Shown: one piece after another, positions 49,804-60,727 of the stretch
Numbering within the stretch: the stretch's first letter is position 1
How the letters are laid out: each line of letters begins with the position of its first letter
Assembly (NCBI GenBank): GCA_017438635.1
Contig: JAFRUZ010000002.1
Coordinates: 67,232 to 131,231 of the forward strand
Direction of reading: 5' to 3'
Length of the DNA: 64,000 nucleotides
Source of the DNA: Bacilli bacterium
Lineage (GTDB): Bacteria; Bacillota_I; Bacilli_A; RF39; UBA660
Made by a program: the position numbers and the translations under genes
The notes under the pieces: model-generated
What the model saw: only the letters and a program-made list of their open reading frames with translations
Database searches by the model: none
Told to the model about the DNA's origin: nothing

Positions 49804-50328
49804 TTAATTTCTATATCCTTTTGCTTTAAATGGAAAAACTACAAGTCTTGTTCTACCAGTTATTTGACTTTTTTTAACTGGTCCTATTATTCTACTATCC
49901 ATAGAATTGTCTCTATTATCACCCATTACAAAATAACTATCATCAGGTATTCTTTTGCCCATACCATATGCTTCCATATCAAAATCACGAGTTTCTTCTT
50001 TTAAAAAGTCTTCTTTAACTTCTTTACCATTAATATATAAAACATTATCTTTTATCTCCAAAGTTTCACCAGGTAATCCAATAACTCTTTTTATTATTTT
50101 TTCATCTTTAGTATTAACAACTACAATATCAAATCTCTTAATATCATTAAAACGATAGTTAATTTTGTTCAAAAGCATTATTTCCCCATCTTTTAATGTT
50201 GGATACATACTATCTCCATTAACTCTAACAGGAGTCACTATAAAACTTCTTATAAATACTATTAACAGTATTATACAAACATATATAAAATACTCTTTAG
50301 TAGTATCTTTATTATTATCTTTACTCAT
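49804..50328 (-). CDS. lepB: signal peptidase I (bacterial P-type, Ser/Lys)
   Basis: 174 aa. VNGDSMYPTL (Ser box), IKRVIGLPGE (Lys box), GDNRDNSMDSR. Confidence 0.9.
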   Translation of the reverse strand: MSKDNNKDTTKEYFIYVCIILLIVFIRSFIVTPVRVNGDSMYPTLKDGEIMLLNKINYRFNDIKRFDIVVVNTKDEKIIKRVIGLPGETLEIKDNVLYINGKEVKEDFLKEETRDFDMEAYGMGKRIPDDSYFVMGDNRDNSMDSRIIGPVKKSQITGRTRLVVFPFKAKGYRN

Positions 50329-50346
50329 AACTCAAAAAAATAAGGC

Positions 50347-50703
50347 TTATTTACCTGCCTTATTTCCTCTTTCTTTAATTCTGTATCCACTAACACGATC
50401 TTTTAAGAAGTTTAACTTAGCACGTCTTACTTTACCACTTTTAACTACAGTAATTTTTGCTATTTTTGGTGAGTGAACAGGAAAAATTCTGTTTACCCCA
50501 ACTCCATAAGAGATTTTTCTAACTGTAAATGTTTCGTTTATTCCTCCACCTTTACGAGATGTGACTATTCCTTCGAATGCTTGAATACGTTCTTTTTTAC
50601 CTTCGATGATTTTTACATCAACACGAACAGTATCTCCAACTCTGAATTCAGGAATATCACTTTTTAGTTGTTTAGCTGATACTTTTTCTGCTAAATCCAT
50701 CAC
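50347..50703 (-). CDS. rplS: 50S ribosomal protein L19
   Basis: 118 aa. FRVGDTVRV...[30 protein letters not shown]...[11 protein letters not shown] is canonical L19. Confidence 0.95.
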   Translation of the reverse strand: MMDLAEKVSAKQLKSDIPEFRVGDTVRVDVKIIEGKKERIQAFEGIVTSRKGGGINETFTVRKISYGVGVNRIFPVHSPKIAKITVVKSGKVRRAKLNFLKDRVSGYRIKERGNKAGK

Positions 50704-50800
50704 TATTCCTCCTTACTTAACAATCATGAAATCTTTCAGCGGATTGCTTAATTAACGTTATTAATATTAACACAAAAATATAACTTTGTCTAGCATTTTA

Positions 50801-51706
50801 CTACTTTTCCCACAAATTTTTCTTATAAATACCAGACTCTATCATTTTATTAATAGCATCAACTACCATTTGCTTATCTTCCTTATAAGTGATGCCATAC
50901 CATTTTTCATCTGTTTCTATTATTTTAACAGTTGCCAAATTGTTTTCAAGAACATCTTCAATAACAGTAGGTATACCAAATTCCCCAGTAGTTAAATCAG
51001 TTTCAGGATTTGATAAAAACTCTTCTAAAGATGTAGATATATACTTAAGAAATCCTTTAGAAAAAGCAAGCAAATTCATCGATACAAAAACATCACCAGA
51101 TACTTCTTCTTTTTTCTTAGATTCTAAAGATGTTCTAATATATCTATTATCAACTTTTTCAATTAAACTTTCATCTATTCTTTCTAATTTATCAGTGCCA
51201 AAACACACACCTCTTTTTACAGAACCATTATCTGTAACAGTATTCTTTAACTTATACCCTACAAGAGCATATGTATTATCATTTGCTTCTTCCTCCAAAA
51301 ATCTTGAAAGTTTTTCAAACGAAGTATACCCATAGAAATCATCAGCATTTATTACTGCAAAATTACCTTCGATATCATTTCTTGCACAATATATAGCATG
51401 ACCAGTACCTAAAGGCTTTTCTCTATCACCAAAATCTATATTAATTGGAATATCACTTATTTTTTGAAAAGCATAAGCAATTTCTACATCAGTACTACCT
51501 TCTATTCTCTTACCGATAGTTTGTCTAAAAATATCTAAGTTTTCTTCTTTTATAATAAACACTATTTTATTAAATCCACATCTTATAGCATCATAAATAG
51601 AATAATCTATTATATATTCTCCACTTGGGCCAACAGGTTCAATCTGTTTAAGACCTCCAAATCTAGAACCCATACCTGCAGCCATAACTACTAAAGTCTT
51701 TTTCAT
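50801..51706 (-). CDS. sugar-phosphate nucleotidyltransferase family protein
   Basis: 301 aa. VVMAAGMGSRFGGLKQ N-terminal NTP-transferase loop. PLGTGHA and INADDFYG. Confidence 0.7.
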   Translation of the reverse strand: MKKTLVVMAAGMGSRFGGLKQIEPVGPSGEYIIDYSIYDAIRCGFNKIVFIIKEENLDIFRQTIGKRIEGSTDVEIAYAFQKISDIPINIDFGDREKPLGTGHAIYCARNDIEGNFAVINADDFYGYTSFEKLSRFLEEEANDNTYALVGYKLKNTVTDNGSVKRGVCFGTDKLERIDESLIEKVDNRYIRTSLESKKKEEVSGDVFVSMNLLAFSKGFLKYISTSLEEFLSNPETDLTTGEFGIPTVIEDVLENNLATVKIIETDEKWYGITYKEDKQMVVDAINKMIESGIYKKNLWEK

Positions 51707-51708
51707 AA

Positions 51709-53787
51709 TTACACCTTCTTTATACTCTTATGATTCTTCATAAGTTTTTTTATACCATATTTTTTATCAAAAGCAACCGTTATTATCGTATTAGTAACTT
51801 CAATTACTACTCCAAGACCATAAGTATCATGTTCTACTTTATCACCATAATTATATATTTGATCAGTTGAATGCATCTTGTTCTCTTTTTTAATTACTTG
51901 TTTTTGATCATTATCAGGTTCATCTATTAAATCAGGATCTATTTCCTTAACAAACCTAGATAAAACTGAAGGACTCTCTGTACCATAAATCATTCTCTTT
52001 TTTGTAGCAGTTATAAACAGTTTTTTCATAGCACGTGTAATTGCTACATACATAAGTCTTCTTTCCTCTTCCATTTCATCTGGACTATAACAGTTTTTAT
52101 GAGGAAACAACCCTTCTTCCATACCTGCTACAAAAACATAAGGATATTCAAGTCCTTTTACAGAGTGAACTGTCATTAAAGTTACCCTATTTGGATCATC
52201 TTTATATTCTTCAATATCAGATACTAAACTTATTTCAAGTAAGAATTCCTCAAGAGATATTTCTCCGATACGTTCTTCAAACTCTTTAGTAACTGATTTA
52301 AACTCTTCTAAGTTTTCTAAACGAATATCAGCTTCCAAACTTCTCTCTGCTTTTAAAGCGGCTTTCATCCCACTTTTATCCAAAACTTTATCAATAAATT
52401 CAGTAAGTGAGCAAGAACCAAGTTCTTCCCTTAAACCAAGTATTATATTCTTAAACTCTAAAGCCTTACCACTAGTAATAGCATCAAACATACTAGTATT
52501 ATAAAAACTAGCACTAGCTTCAATTTCACTAATTGTTTTTGGACCAATTCCTCTCTTCGGAGTATTTATAGCACGTTCTAAACTAACATTATCATCTGTA
52601 TTGTGAATAAGTCTTAAATAAGCAAGTAAATCTTTTATTTCTTTTCTACTATAAAAGTAAAAACTACCAACTATCTTAAATGGTAAATTTTGTCTTAACA
52701 TTTCTTGTTCAAATATACGAGACTGAGCATTAGTTCTATAAAGAATTGCTATATCAGCATAAGAAGCACCACTACTTATAAGTTCTTTTATTTTACGAAT
52801 AATATAAAATACTTCGTCTGTTTCATCATATGCCTTATAAAAAGTAATTTTTTCTCCTTCTTCTTTATCACTCCATAAATTCTTATCTTTACGAAAAGTA
52901 TTATTCTTAATAACACTATTTGCAGCTTCAAGTATCATTTTAGTAGATCTATAGTTTTGTTCAAGCATAATTACTTCAGCATCAGGATAATCTTTCTCAA
53001 AGTTTAAAATGTTCTTATAGTTTGCACCACGGAACATATAAATACTTTGATCATTATCTCCGACACAAGCAATATTTCTATATTTAGAGGCTAGTAATTT
53101 AATCATCAAATACTGTGCATGATTAGTATCTTGATACTCATCTACTAAAATATATTTAAACTTTTCTTGATAAAAATCTAATACTTCAGGATTCTCTTTA
53201 AATAAACGAACTGGTAATATAAGTAAATCATCAAAATCTACAGAATTATTTTTAAACAAGAGTTCTTGATATTTCTTATAAACTTTATAAACAATATCAT
53301 CTTCTTCTCCATGTACAAATTTTTTATACTCAGAGGGACTTATAAACTCACTTTTATTACTAGATATTTTATTTCTTATCATATAAGGACTAATTCTTTT
53401 AGGATCATAACCTAAATCCTTTAATATTTTTTTAACAAGTATTAAACTGTCATCACTATCCATGATTACAAAATTATTTTTGTATCCAAGTTTATCATAG
53501 TTTTCACGAAGTATTCTAACTCCAAAAGAATGAAATGTCGAAGCCCATAAAGAAGTTCTTCCAACAAGTCTTTCAATTCTTTCTTTCATTTCCTTTGCAG
53601 CTTTATTAGTAAAAGTAATAGCCAGTATATTTGAAGATGAAACACCTTGATCAATTAAATAAGCAATTCTAGTAGTAAGTACTTTAGTCTTACCAGAACC
53701 TGCTCCTGCTAAGATTAATAAAGGTCCATCTTTATGTTTAGCTGCTTTAATTTGCATATCGTTTAAGTTTTCTAACATATACTCCAC
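51709..53787 (-). CDS. pcrA: ATP-dependent DNA helicase PcrA/UvrD family
   Basis: 692 aa. AGAGSGKTKVLT (Ia), VDEYQDTN (II), TVHSVKGLEYPYVF (V), VAITRA (VI). Confidence 0.9.
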   Translation of the reverse strand: MEYMLENLNDMQIKAAKHKDGPLLILAGAGSGKTKVLTTRIAYLIDQGVSSSNILAITFTNKAAKEMKERIERLVGRTSLWASTFHSFGVRILRENYDKLGYKNNFVIMDSDDSLILVKKILKDLGYDPKRISPYMIRNKISSNKSEFISPSEYKKFVHGEEDDIVYKVYKKYQELLFKNNSVDFDDLLILPVRLFKENPEVLDFYQEKFKYILVDEYQDTNHAQYLMIKLLASKYRNIACVGDNDQSIYMFRGANYKNILNFEKDYPDAEVIMLEQNYRSTKMILEAANSVIKNNTFRKDKNLWSDKEEGEKITFYKAYDETDEVFYIIRKIKELISSGASYADIAILYRTNAQSRIFEQEMLRQNLPFKIVGSFYFYSRKEIKDLLAYLRLIHNTDDNVSLERAINTPKRGIGPKTISEIEASASFYNTSMFDAITSGKALEFKNIILGLREELGSCSLTEFIDKVLDKSGMKAALKAERSLEADIRLENLEEFKSVTKEFEERIGEISLEEFLLEISLVSDIEEYKDDPNRVTLMTVHSVKGLEYPYVFVAGMEEGLFPHKNCYSPDEMEEERRLMYVAITRAMKKLFITATKKRMIYGTESPSVLSRFVKEIDPDLIDEPDNDQKQVIKKENKMHSTDQIYNYGDKVEHDTYGLGVVIEVTNTIITVAFDKKYGIKKLMKNHKSIKKV

Positions 53788-53829
53788 CTTTAATAATTAT
53801 AACATGATTCCCATTATAATTATAGCAAG

Positions 53830-53858
53830 TTGACACTAGAAATATATCACTTTACAGT
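53830..53858 (+). promoter_or_regulatory. possible promoter upstream of the ger operon
   Basis: TTGACA (53830-53835), 17-nt spacer, TACAGT (53853-53858). A forespore sigma-G promoter would be expected for ger operons, so this is tentative. Confidence 0.3.
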
Positions 53859-53901
53859 ATTATAAAACTATTTTTAAGCACACTATAGATAAGGTGATTA
53901 T

Positions 53902-55332
53902 ATGATTGAAAAAATAGAACAAAAAATAAAAAAAGACTTTAAAAACTCTCCAGATATAGTCTTTAGAAAAATAAAAATAAGAAATAAAAAAATACTGCTA
54001 ATATACAATATAACATTAACAAATAGTAATAATATAAATGAATTTATTTTAGAAAAACTAACAACCCTAAAAAAAAGAATAACTAATAAAAATATATATA
54101 ATCATCTCTCAAATATAATACCTGAAAATGTAATACAAGACATAAAAGATAAAAATGATTTATATACAAAAATAGAATCAGGTTTTACTATTGTAATTAT
54201 AGAAAAACAAAAACCCTTTGCTATTGAAACAAAAGAAAACTTATCAAGAGGAATTACAGAACCATTAACAGAACAATCAATAAGTGGTCCAAAAGATGCC
54301 TTTACAGAAAATTATCAAACCAATATTGGATTAATTAGAAAAAGAATAAAAACAAATAAACTAGGTATTAAAGAAAAAACTATTGGAAAGCAATCAAAAA
54401 CAAAAGTAGCCATACTATATATGAATAACATAATAGAACCTAATCTATTAAAAACCATTGAAGAAAAACTTAATCATATAGATATCGATGCTATATTAGA
54501 TAGTACTTATATAAAAGAGATATTAGAAAACAATCAAAGCCCATTTCCAACAATAATAACAACAGAACGTCCTGATACAGCCTCAATTAGTCTTTTAGAA
54601 GGGAAAATATGCATCCTAACAGAAAACTCTCCATATGGGCTAATAATACCCACATTTTTTAGTGATTTATTTCATGCTGTTGAAGATAATTATCAAAATT
54701 CCATTAATGTTACTTTTACTAGAATAATTAGATATACAGCATTTTTAATAGCTATAATCTTACCTGCTTTACACGTTGCTATAACAACTTATGATCACGA
54801 AGCAATACCAGTTACTTTATTAGTAAACTTTGCTGCTCAACGTGAAGGAGTACCATTCCCCTTAATTGCTGAAGCCTTAGGATTAACTTTAGTATTTGAA
54901 CTATTAAGAGAAAGCGATATTAGAATGCCTCACCTATCTGGGACCGCTATTTCTATTCTTGGTGCCATCGTTTTAGGAGACGCCGCTGTAGCAGCAGGTA
55001 TCGTATCACCAATTATGGTTATTGTAATTGCTCTATCTGCAATATCATCACTTATGTTTTCAAACGTAGGAATGGTCAATGCCATAAGATTCTGGAGAAT
55101 ATTCTTCATAATATTCGCAGGTATCGCAGGAATAATTGGTATTTTTTTTGCATCTTTCCTTTTAATTGGACATTTAAGTAGTTTAAAAAGTGGAGAAAAA
55201 CCATATTTATATCCCTTAGCACCTTTTAATAAAAGATTTCTTAAAGAAGTAATAATAAAAAAGAATATAAAAAAAGAGAATAAAAGAATGCCTGTATTAA
55301 CAGATAAAAACTATACAAGGAGTAACCTATGA
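53902..55332 (+). CDS. spore germination receptor subunit A (GerAA/GerKA family)
   Basis: 476 aa. GPKDAFTENYQTNIGLIRKRI, DSTYIKE, SPFPTI..TERPD, and a C-terminal multi-TM region are typical of the GerA family. Confidence 0.85.
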   Translation: MIEKIEQKIKKDFKNSPDIVFRKIKIRNKKILLIYNITLTNSNNINEFILEKLTTLKKRITNKNIYNHLSNIIPENVIQDIKDKNDLYTKIESGFTIVIIEKQKPFAIETKENLSRGITEPLTEQSISGPKDAFTENYQTNIGLIRKRIKTNKLGIKEKTIGKQSKTKVAILYMNNIIEPNLLKTIEEKLNHIDIDAILDSTYIKEILENNQSPFPTIITTERPDTASISLLEGKICILTENSPYGLIIPTFFSDLFHAVEDNYQNSINVTFTRIIRYTAFLIAIILPALHVAITTYDHEAIPVTLLVNFAAQREGVPFPLIAEALGLTLVFELLRESDIRMPHLSGTAISILGAIVLGDAAVAAGIVSPIMVIVIALSAISSLMFSNVGMVNAIRFWRIFFIIFAGIAGIIGIFFASFLLIGHLSSLKSGEKPYLYPLAPFNKRFLKEVIIKKNIKKENKRMPVLTDKNYTRSNL

Positions 55333-56450
55333 AAAAAATAAAAATATTACTATTAATACTGATAATTATTCCCTTAACAGGATGTAATTATATGGAGTTA
55401 AACAAATTAGCAATTGTATCAGCACTAGGAATTGATTATAAAGATAATAAGTATGAGATTACTGCTCAAGTAATGGATATTCAGAAAACAACAAACGGTG
55501 ACATGAGTCAAAAATCAATAATATATGAAGCTGAAGGAAAAACTATTGGAAAAGCCATAAGAAATTTATCAGAAAAATATCCCAAAACTATATATTTAGG
55601 ACACCTAGAAATAATAATATTAGGAAAAGAAATAGCTGAAGAAAAAACAAATGATACTTTTGATTTCTTAATTAGATCACCGGAAGTTAGATCAACTGGA
55701 AATATATTGGTTAATAAATATCAATCCGCAAAAGAAACTCTAAATCCTAAAAACGAAAAAGAAAACAGTTTTGCAACAGAACAAATAAAAAGTTCTTTAG
55801 AAAATGCTACTAAAAGAACAGGAACAGTAAAAATGATAACATTCGAAGAATTTATACAAGAATATTTACAAAAAGGAATTGACCCAGTAATACCAATTAT
55901 AAGAATTGGCAAAAACAAAGATGAAACAAGCAATACTATTATCACACATTTAGCACCTCTAAAAAACAATAAAATTGAAAAAGAATTAGATGAAAAACAA
56001 TCTATTGCTTATAACACTATTAATAATAATTATGATGATATAGTAATAACTCCAGAATATAAAAATAATACTATAGGTATTATTCTTTATAATCCAAAAT
56101 CTAAAATAAAAACAAAAATAAAAAACAATAAAATAATTACTAATATTAATATAACAATAGAAGCAAAAGCAAATGAATTAAATCAAAAAATAAATCCAAA
56201 TAACAAAAGAACTCAAAAAGAATTAGAACAAATAATAAAAAAAGAATTAGAAGACTATATTCAAAGTCTAATCAATTACTGTAAAGAAACAGATAGTGAT
56301 ATCTTAGGTCTTAAAAATATAATTTATAAAAACTATTATAAAGAGTATAAAAACTATAAAAATCTAAATCTATATACTGAATCAAACATAAAAATAAATA
56401 TAAAAACAAAAATATATAGATCAGGAAGTATAAATAAAGGAGAGTTTTAA
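55329..56450 (+). CDS. spore germination receptor subunit C (Ger(x)C lipoprotein)
   Basis: 373 aa. Lipobox LTGC. ELNKLAIVSALGIDY start is typical of GerAC. Start overlaps the subunit A stop. Confidence 0.8.
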   Translation: MKKIKILLLILIIIPLTGCNYMELNKLAIVSALGIDYKDNKYEITAQVMDIQKTTNGDMSQKSIIYEAEGKTIGKAIRNLSEKYPKTIYLGHLEIIILGKEIAEEKTNDTFDFLIRSPEVRSTGNILVNKYQSAKETLNPKNEKENSFATEQIKSSLENATKRTGTVKMITFEEFIQEYLQKGIDPVIPIIRIGKNKDETSNTIITHLAPLKNNKIEKELDEKQSIAYNTINNNYDDIVITPEYKNNTIGIILYNPKSKIKTKIKNNKIITNINITIEAKANELNQKINPNNKRTQKELEQIIKKELEDYIQSLINYCKETDSDILGLKNIIYKNYYKEYKNYKNLNLYTESNIKINIKTKIYRSGSINKGEF

Positions 56451-57502
56451 TGAACAAAAAAATAAAGAGCAACGAAGTACTAGCCATTGAAATTGGTTTA
56501 ATTACTGCCCTATTTCCAGGTATAGCTAATACTTTAATACTAAACACATCAAAAAATGCATCATTATTATCAGTATTAATAGCTATACTTATTGGAACAA
56601 TTCCTTTATTTATGATTATAAAAATAAGTAAGAATATAAAAACTGAATCACTAAAAGAATATATAATTAAAAAACTAGGAATACTAGGTAAAATACTAAA
56701 CATTATATTGATAACAATAGCAATTTTTATCTTATTTATAAATTCCTGGCTTATTATAGATTTTATTATTAGTCAGTTTTTAACCAGAACTTCATACTAC
56801 TTTATAGCAATACTATTTTTTACAATCATTGCTTACATAGTAAATAAAGGAATAGAAACTACCTCAAGAACTGTTTTTGTTTTGTTTATACTAATATCAA
56901 TTATTATGATAGCCTTATGGATATGTCTAATACCTTATATTAATCTCAGTAATTTAAAACCATACATCGATGTAACTACAAATAAAATAATAAAAAGTTC
57001 TATTATTAATACTGTTTATATAACAATGCCTCTTATTTATATATTAGATTTAAAACATATAACAACAGATAAAGAAAACTTTGAAAAAACTATTGTTATA
57101 GGTTATATTACATCATACCTAATTATTGCAATATTTTTATTCTTTTTGCTATCAATATACGGAATAGAATTATCAACAATTTTAACATATCCAGTATATG
57201 CTTTATTTAAAAAAATACAGATTCTTGGCTTCATAGAAAGAATAGAAAACTTTGCAGGCATACAAATCATAACAGTATTCTTTGTACAAGCATCATATTT
57301 AATTTACTACATAAAAAGAAATTTAATAAAAAATAAAAACCAAAAAAAGCTAACATATTTAATAGCACTTGTAATACCTATTACAAGTATATTTATATTT
57401 AAAAATTATAACTTAACTATAGTATTAAAAACATCTGTTTATATAATAGGTAGCATTATAACAATTATTACTTTTTTATCTATTCCACAAAAAAACATTT
57501 AG
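56450..57502 (+). CDS. spore germination receptor subunit B (GerAB permease family)
   Basis: 350 aa, about 10 TM segments. Third gene of the ger operon. Confidence 0.75.
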   Translation: MNKKIKSNEVLAIEIGLITALFPGIANTLILNTSKNASLLSVLIAILIGTIPLFMIIKISKNIKTESLKEYIIKKLGILGKILNIILITIAIFILFINSWLIIDFIISQFLTRTSYYFIAILFFTIIAYIVNKGIETTSRTVFVLFILISIIMIALWICLIPYINLSNLKPYIDVTTNKIIKSSIINTVYITMPLIYILDLKHITTDKENFEKTIVIGYITSYLIIAIFLFFLLSIYGIELSTILTYPVYALFKKIQILGFIERIENFAGIQIITVFFVQASYLIYYIKRNLIKNKNQKKLTYLIALVIPITSIFIFKNYNLTIVLKTSVYIIGSIITIITFLSIPQKNI

Positions 57503-57508
57503 AATAAA

Positions 57509-57874
57509 CTAAATGCCTCTTATAATATTTATAATCCAAGAAATAAATACCAATAGAATTAATAATTTATAATTATCAACAATTATCTTTAAAAATATAT
57601 CCATCTTATTTTTCTTAAAACATAAATCATATATTAATAATAAAACAAATACTAATAAAAATAAAAATATTGGTATTGTTAAAATATTATACATTTCTGC
57701 TCTTATTAAATGCCCAGAGAATAACTCCCTAAAACCTCTTGTAAGACCACATCCAGGGCAAGGAATACCTATCACACTTTTAAAAACACAATTAACATCA
57801 AAAACAAAAACTACTAGTATTCCAAATACAAGTAGTATAATGCTTATTAAAACTATTAGTTTTTTATTATTCAC
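57509..57874 (-). CDS. DUF2752-like membrane protein
   Basis: 121 aa. GIPCPGCGLTRG motif and 3-4 TM segments. Confidence 0.6.
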   Translation of the reverse strand: MNNKKLIVLISIILLVFGILVVFVFDVNCVFKSVIGIPCPGCGLTRGFRELFSGHLIRAEMYNILTIPIFLFLLVFVLLLIYDLCFKKNKMDIFLKIIVDNYKLLILLVFISWIINIIRGI

Positions 57875-58220
57875 CTAATGGATTACCTTCTGCATCTACA
57901 TTTATTGAACCAGTTAAAATACATATTCCTTCAACAAGTCCCCATATTGCAGATACTGGTGATAAAACAAAACAAGATAGCATAGTAATTAAAAGTTGAG
58001 CAACTGCTTTTCCATTATATCCTAAATAGAAATTATGAACTCCAAAACATCCTAAGAATATTCCTAATAAACCTGCAGCCATTTTTGATTTAGGTTGAAC
58101 CACAGTTCCATTAACAACAGTTCCAACTGCTGGCCCTTTAGCACCAACTTTAGTACCACATTTTGGGCAAAATGCTACACCGTCTTTTATTTCTGCTCCA
58201 CAATTTGTACAATATTTCAT
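57867..58220 (-). CDS. zinc-ribbon plus TM2-domain membrane protein
   Basis: About 117 aa from the ATG at 58220 after GAGGAG. CTNCGAEIKDGVAFCPKCG. GIFLGCFGVHNFYLGYNGKAVAQLL is the TM2 signature. Confidence 0.65.
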   Translation of the reverse strand: MKYCTNCGAEIKDGVAFCPKCGTKVGAKGPAVGTVVNGTVVQPKSKMAAGLLGIFLGCFGVHNFYLGYNGKAVAQLLITMLSCFVLSPVSAIWGLVEGICILTGSINVDAEGNPLGE

Positions 58221-58272
58221 ACTTATCAACTCCTCTTGGGCTAATTATATCATATCCTTTAAATATTTACAA

Positions 58273-59517
58273 TTACTCTACTACATTTATTATAATACCT
58301 TTTATTGAAGGTTTTAATTTAGAATAACTAAACGCTTTATATACAGGATCATAGTTAATACTCTTACCATATAATTTACAAATTACATCGCCTTTTTTAA
58401 CTTTAGAGCCCACATTCTTAACTAATACTACTCCAGCATCATAATTAATACTATCTGTTTTCTTAACTCTTCCAGCTCCTAAAAGCATAGAAGTTTCACC
58501 AATTACTCTACTGTTTATACTCTTTATATAACCACTTTTTAAACTGACTAAATCTGCGCATTCAGTATCAATATCTTCCAAAGAACCACCTTCAAGTTTG
58601 ACATATGATTCAAACTTTTTATATGCTTCACCATTATTAAGTACTTCTTTTACCATACTTCTTGCTTTTTCTTTAGATATATCTTTAGTTAAGGTATACA
58701 TTAGTGTTGCCATTTCTACACAAAGATTTGTTAAATTACCTTTCTTTTTATTTTTTAATATATCTATAACTTCTTGAACTTCTATCTTATTACCTACATT
58801 ATCTCCTAGTGGATTATCCATTCTAGTTAACATACAGATTACTTTTCTATCATATTTTTTACCTATTTTTATCATTAAAGCAGCAAGCTCCATAGCTTGT
58901 TTTTTATTTTCTATTAAAGCTCCTTTTCCAACTTTTATATCAATAAGTATTTTACCCGCTCCACTTGCTATTTTTTTACTCATAATACTTGCAGCAATAA
59001 GAGGAATAGATTTAGTAGTACCAGTAACATCACGCAAAGCATAAACTTTTTTATCCATAGGACAAAGATTCTCTGTTTGGCTAGATATTACCATATTAGT
59101 TTTATCTATTGCCGTATAAAACTCTTTTTTAGTAAGATTAGTCTTAACTCCAATACTGTTAAGTTTATCAATAGTACCACCAGTATATCCTAAAGCTTTA
59201 CCGCTCATCTTAGAAATTCTAACCCCCAAACTAGCAAGTATGGGAAGAACTATTAAAGTTGTTTTATCTCCAACACCACCAGTAGAATGTTTATCAACAA
59301 ATGAAATATTCATAGGAAATTTTGCACCACTATTTATAAAAATATCAGTAAGATTGATTGTTTCTTCTTCAGAAAGACCATTTTTACAAATAAGTTTTAA
59401 AACTTTAGTCATCTCATCATCATCTATTTTCTTATTTAAATAACCAGAAAATATAGTATCAAGTTCTTTATATGACAATTTTTGCTTTTCTTCTAATTTT
59501 TTTATTTCTCTCAACAT
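58273..59517 (-). CDS. pdp: pyrimidine-nucleoside (thymidine) phosphorylase
   Basis: 414 aa. DKHSTGGVGDKTTL and KMSGKALGYTGGTIDKL are canonical motifs. Confidence 0.9.
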   Translation of the reverse strand: MLREIKKLEEKQKLSYKELDTIFSGYLNKKIDDDEMTKVLKLICKNGLSEEETINLTDIFINSGAKFPMNISFVDKHSTGGVGDKTTLIVLPILASLGVRISKMSGKALGYTGGTIDKLNSIGVKTNLTKKEFYTAIDKTNMVISSQTENLCPMDKKVYALRDVTGTTKSIPLIAASIMSKKIASGAGKILIDIKVGKGALIENKKQAMELAALMIKIGKKYDRKVICMLTRMDNPLGDNVGNKIEVQEVIDILKNKKKGNLTNLCVEMATLMYTLTKDISKEKARSMVKEVLNNGEAYKKFESYVKLEGGSLEDIDTECADLVSLKSGYIKSINSRVIGETSMLLGAGRVKKTDSINYDAGVVLVKNVGSKVKKGDVICKLYGKSINYDPVYKAFSYSKLKPSIKGIIINVVE

Positions 59518-59593
59518 ATTACCACCTACTATTAATTATAGTATTTTTAAACTTTTAACACAATAATTTTCACAAAAATAAAAGACTACTTTA

Positions 59594-60703
59594 CTATAGT
59601 CCTCTATTTATTCTTGATTTAAATTTCATATCTTGTATATTTAGTTGTGCACGTATTTTTTTTATAGCCTTTATCTCAAGTTGTCTTATATATTCACCAG
59701 TAACATTCATAATAACACTAATTTCTTTTAATGTCTTAGGTTCTCCATCGTAAAAACCATAGCGATAATATAAAACACGTTTTTCTTTATCAGTCAAACA
59801 TTTATCTACTATAACTGCTATTTCTTCCAATTGCTTGCCATAGAATATTTCATCCTCAGGATTTACATCAGAACTTGGAACAGCATCTGAAAATGGTTTA
59901 TCACTATCTTCCATAAATATCATTTGATCTAAACTCGTAACCTCTTTATAGTTAATTGCAACTCTTACCGCATACACACTAAGACTTAATTCTTGAGCAA
60001 TCTTTTTTATATTATCTTCATCTAGTGTCATTTCTCTTCCATTACATTCATAATAATTATTTAAATAATACTTTACTTTAGTAACATTTTGTTGTAAATG
60101 AACTGGTAATCTAATAATTCTCGCATCATTTGCTAATGAACTAGTTATTGCTTGTCTAATCCAAAAATCAGCATATGTAGAAAACTTATAACCCTTAGTA
60201 TAATCAAATCTATCAATACTTACAATTAAACCTATATTACCTTCAGATATTAATTCTAAAAAAGTAAAACCACGATGTAAATAATCTTTAGCAATACTTA
60301 CTACTAGTCTCAGATTAGACTTAATTATTTTCTCTTTTAATTCTTCTTTTTGGGCAGGATCAGAACATTCACTATACTTAGTAAACAACTCTACTTCTTC
60401 TTCTCTTGTTAATACCGGATATTTAGCTATAGAGCGAATATATAGTCCAAAAGAGTCTCCTTTATAACTATGTCTCTTGTTACGTTTAGATCTATCTAAG
60501 AAGTATAATTCTAATAAAGATAATAAATTATCACTTAAAGGTAAATCATATAACTGATCAATATCACGTATATCATAATTATCAACCAGTGAATCTAACT
60601 CTGATCTTACATCTGTATCATTTAATAACGCTACATAGTTTCTTTTATCTTCTAACTTACATAATAATTCTTGGCTTAAAGATTCTTCAATATTTGTACA
60701 CAT
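59594..60703 (-). CDS. sigma-70 family factor, diverged RpoD paralog
   Basis: 369 aa. Region 2 [57 protein letters not shown]. Regions 3 and 4 present. C-terminus differs from housekeeping RpoD. Confidence 0.8.
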   Translation of the reverse strand: MCTNIEESLSQELLCKLEDKRNYVALLNDTDVRSELDSLVDNYDIRDIDQLYDLPLSDNLLSLLELYFLDRSKRNKRHSYKGDSFGLYIRSIAKYPVLTREEEVELFTKYSECSDPAQKEELKEKIIKSNLRLVVSIAKDYLHRGFTFLELISEGNIGLIVSIDRFDYTKGYKFSTYADFWIRQAITSSLANDARIIRLPVHLQQNVTKVKYYLNNYYECNGREMTLDEDNIKKIAQELSLSVYAVRVAINYKEVTSLDQMIFMEDSDKPFSDAVPSSDVNPEDEIFYGKQLEEIAVIVDKCLTDKEKRVLYYRYGFYDGEPKTLKEISVIMNVTGEYIRQLEIKAIKKIRAQLNIQDMKFKSRINRGL

Positions 60704-60727
60704 AAAACCCCCACCTTAAACCATTAT

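Noticed and set aside
50704-50800. Possible ribosomal protein L19 leader RNA upstream of rplS
   Set aside because: Such leaders exist in Firmicutes, but I cannot verify the consensus structure by eye in this 97-nt AT-rich spacer. It would need a covariance-model scan.
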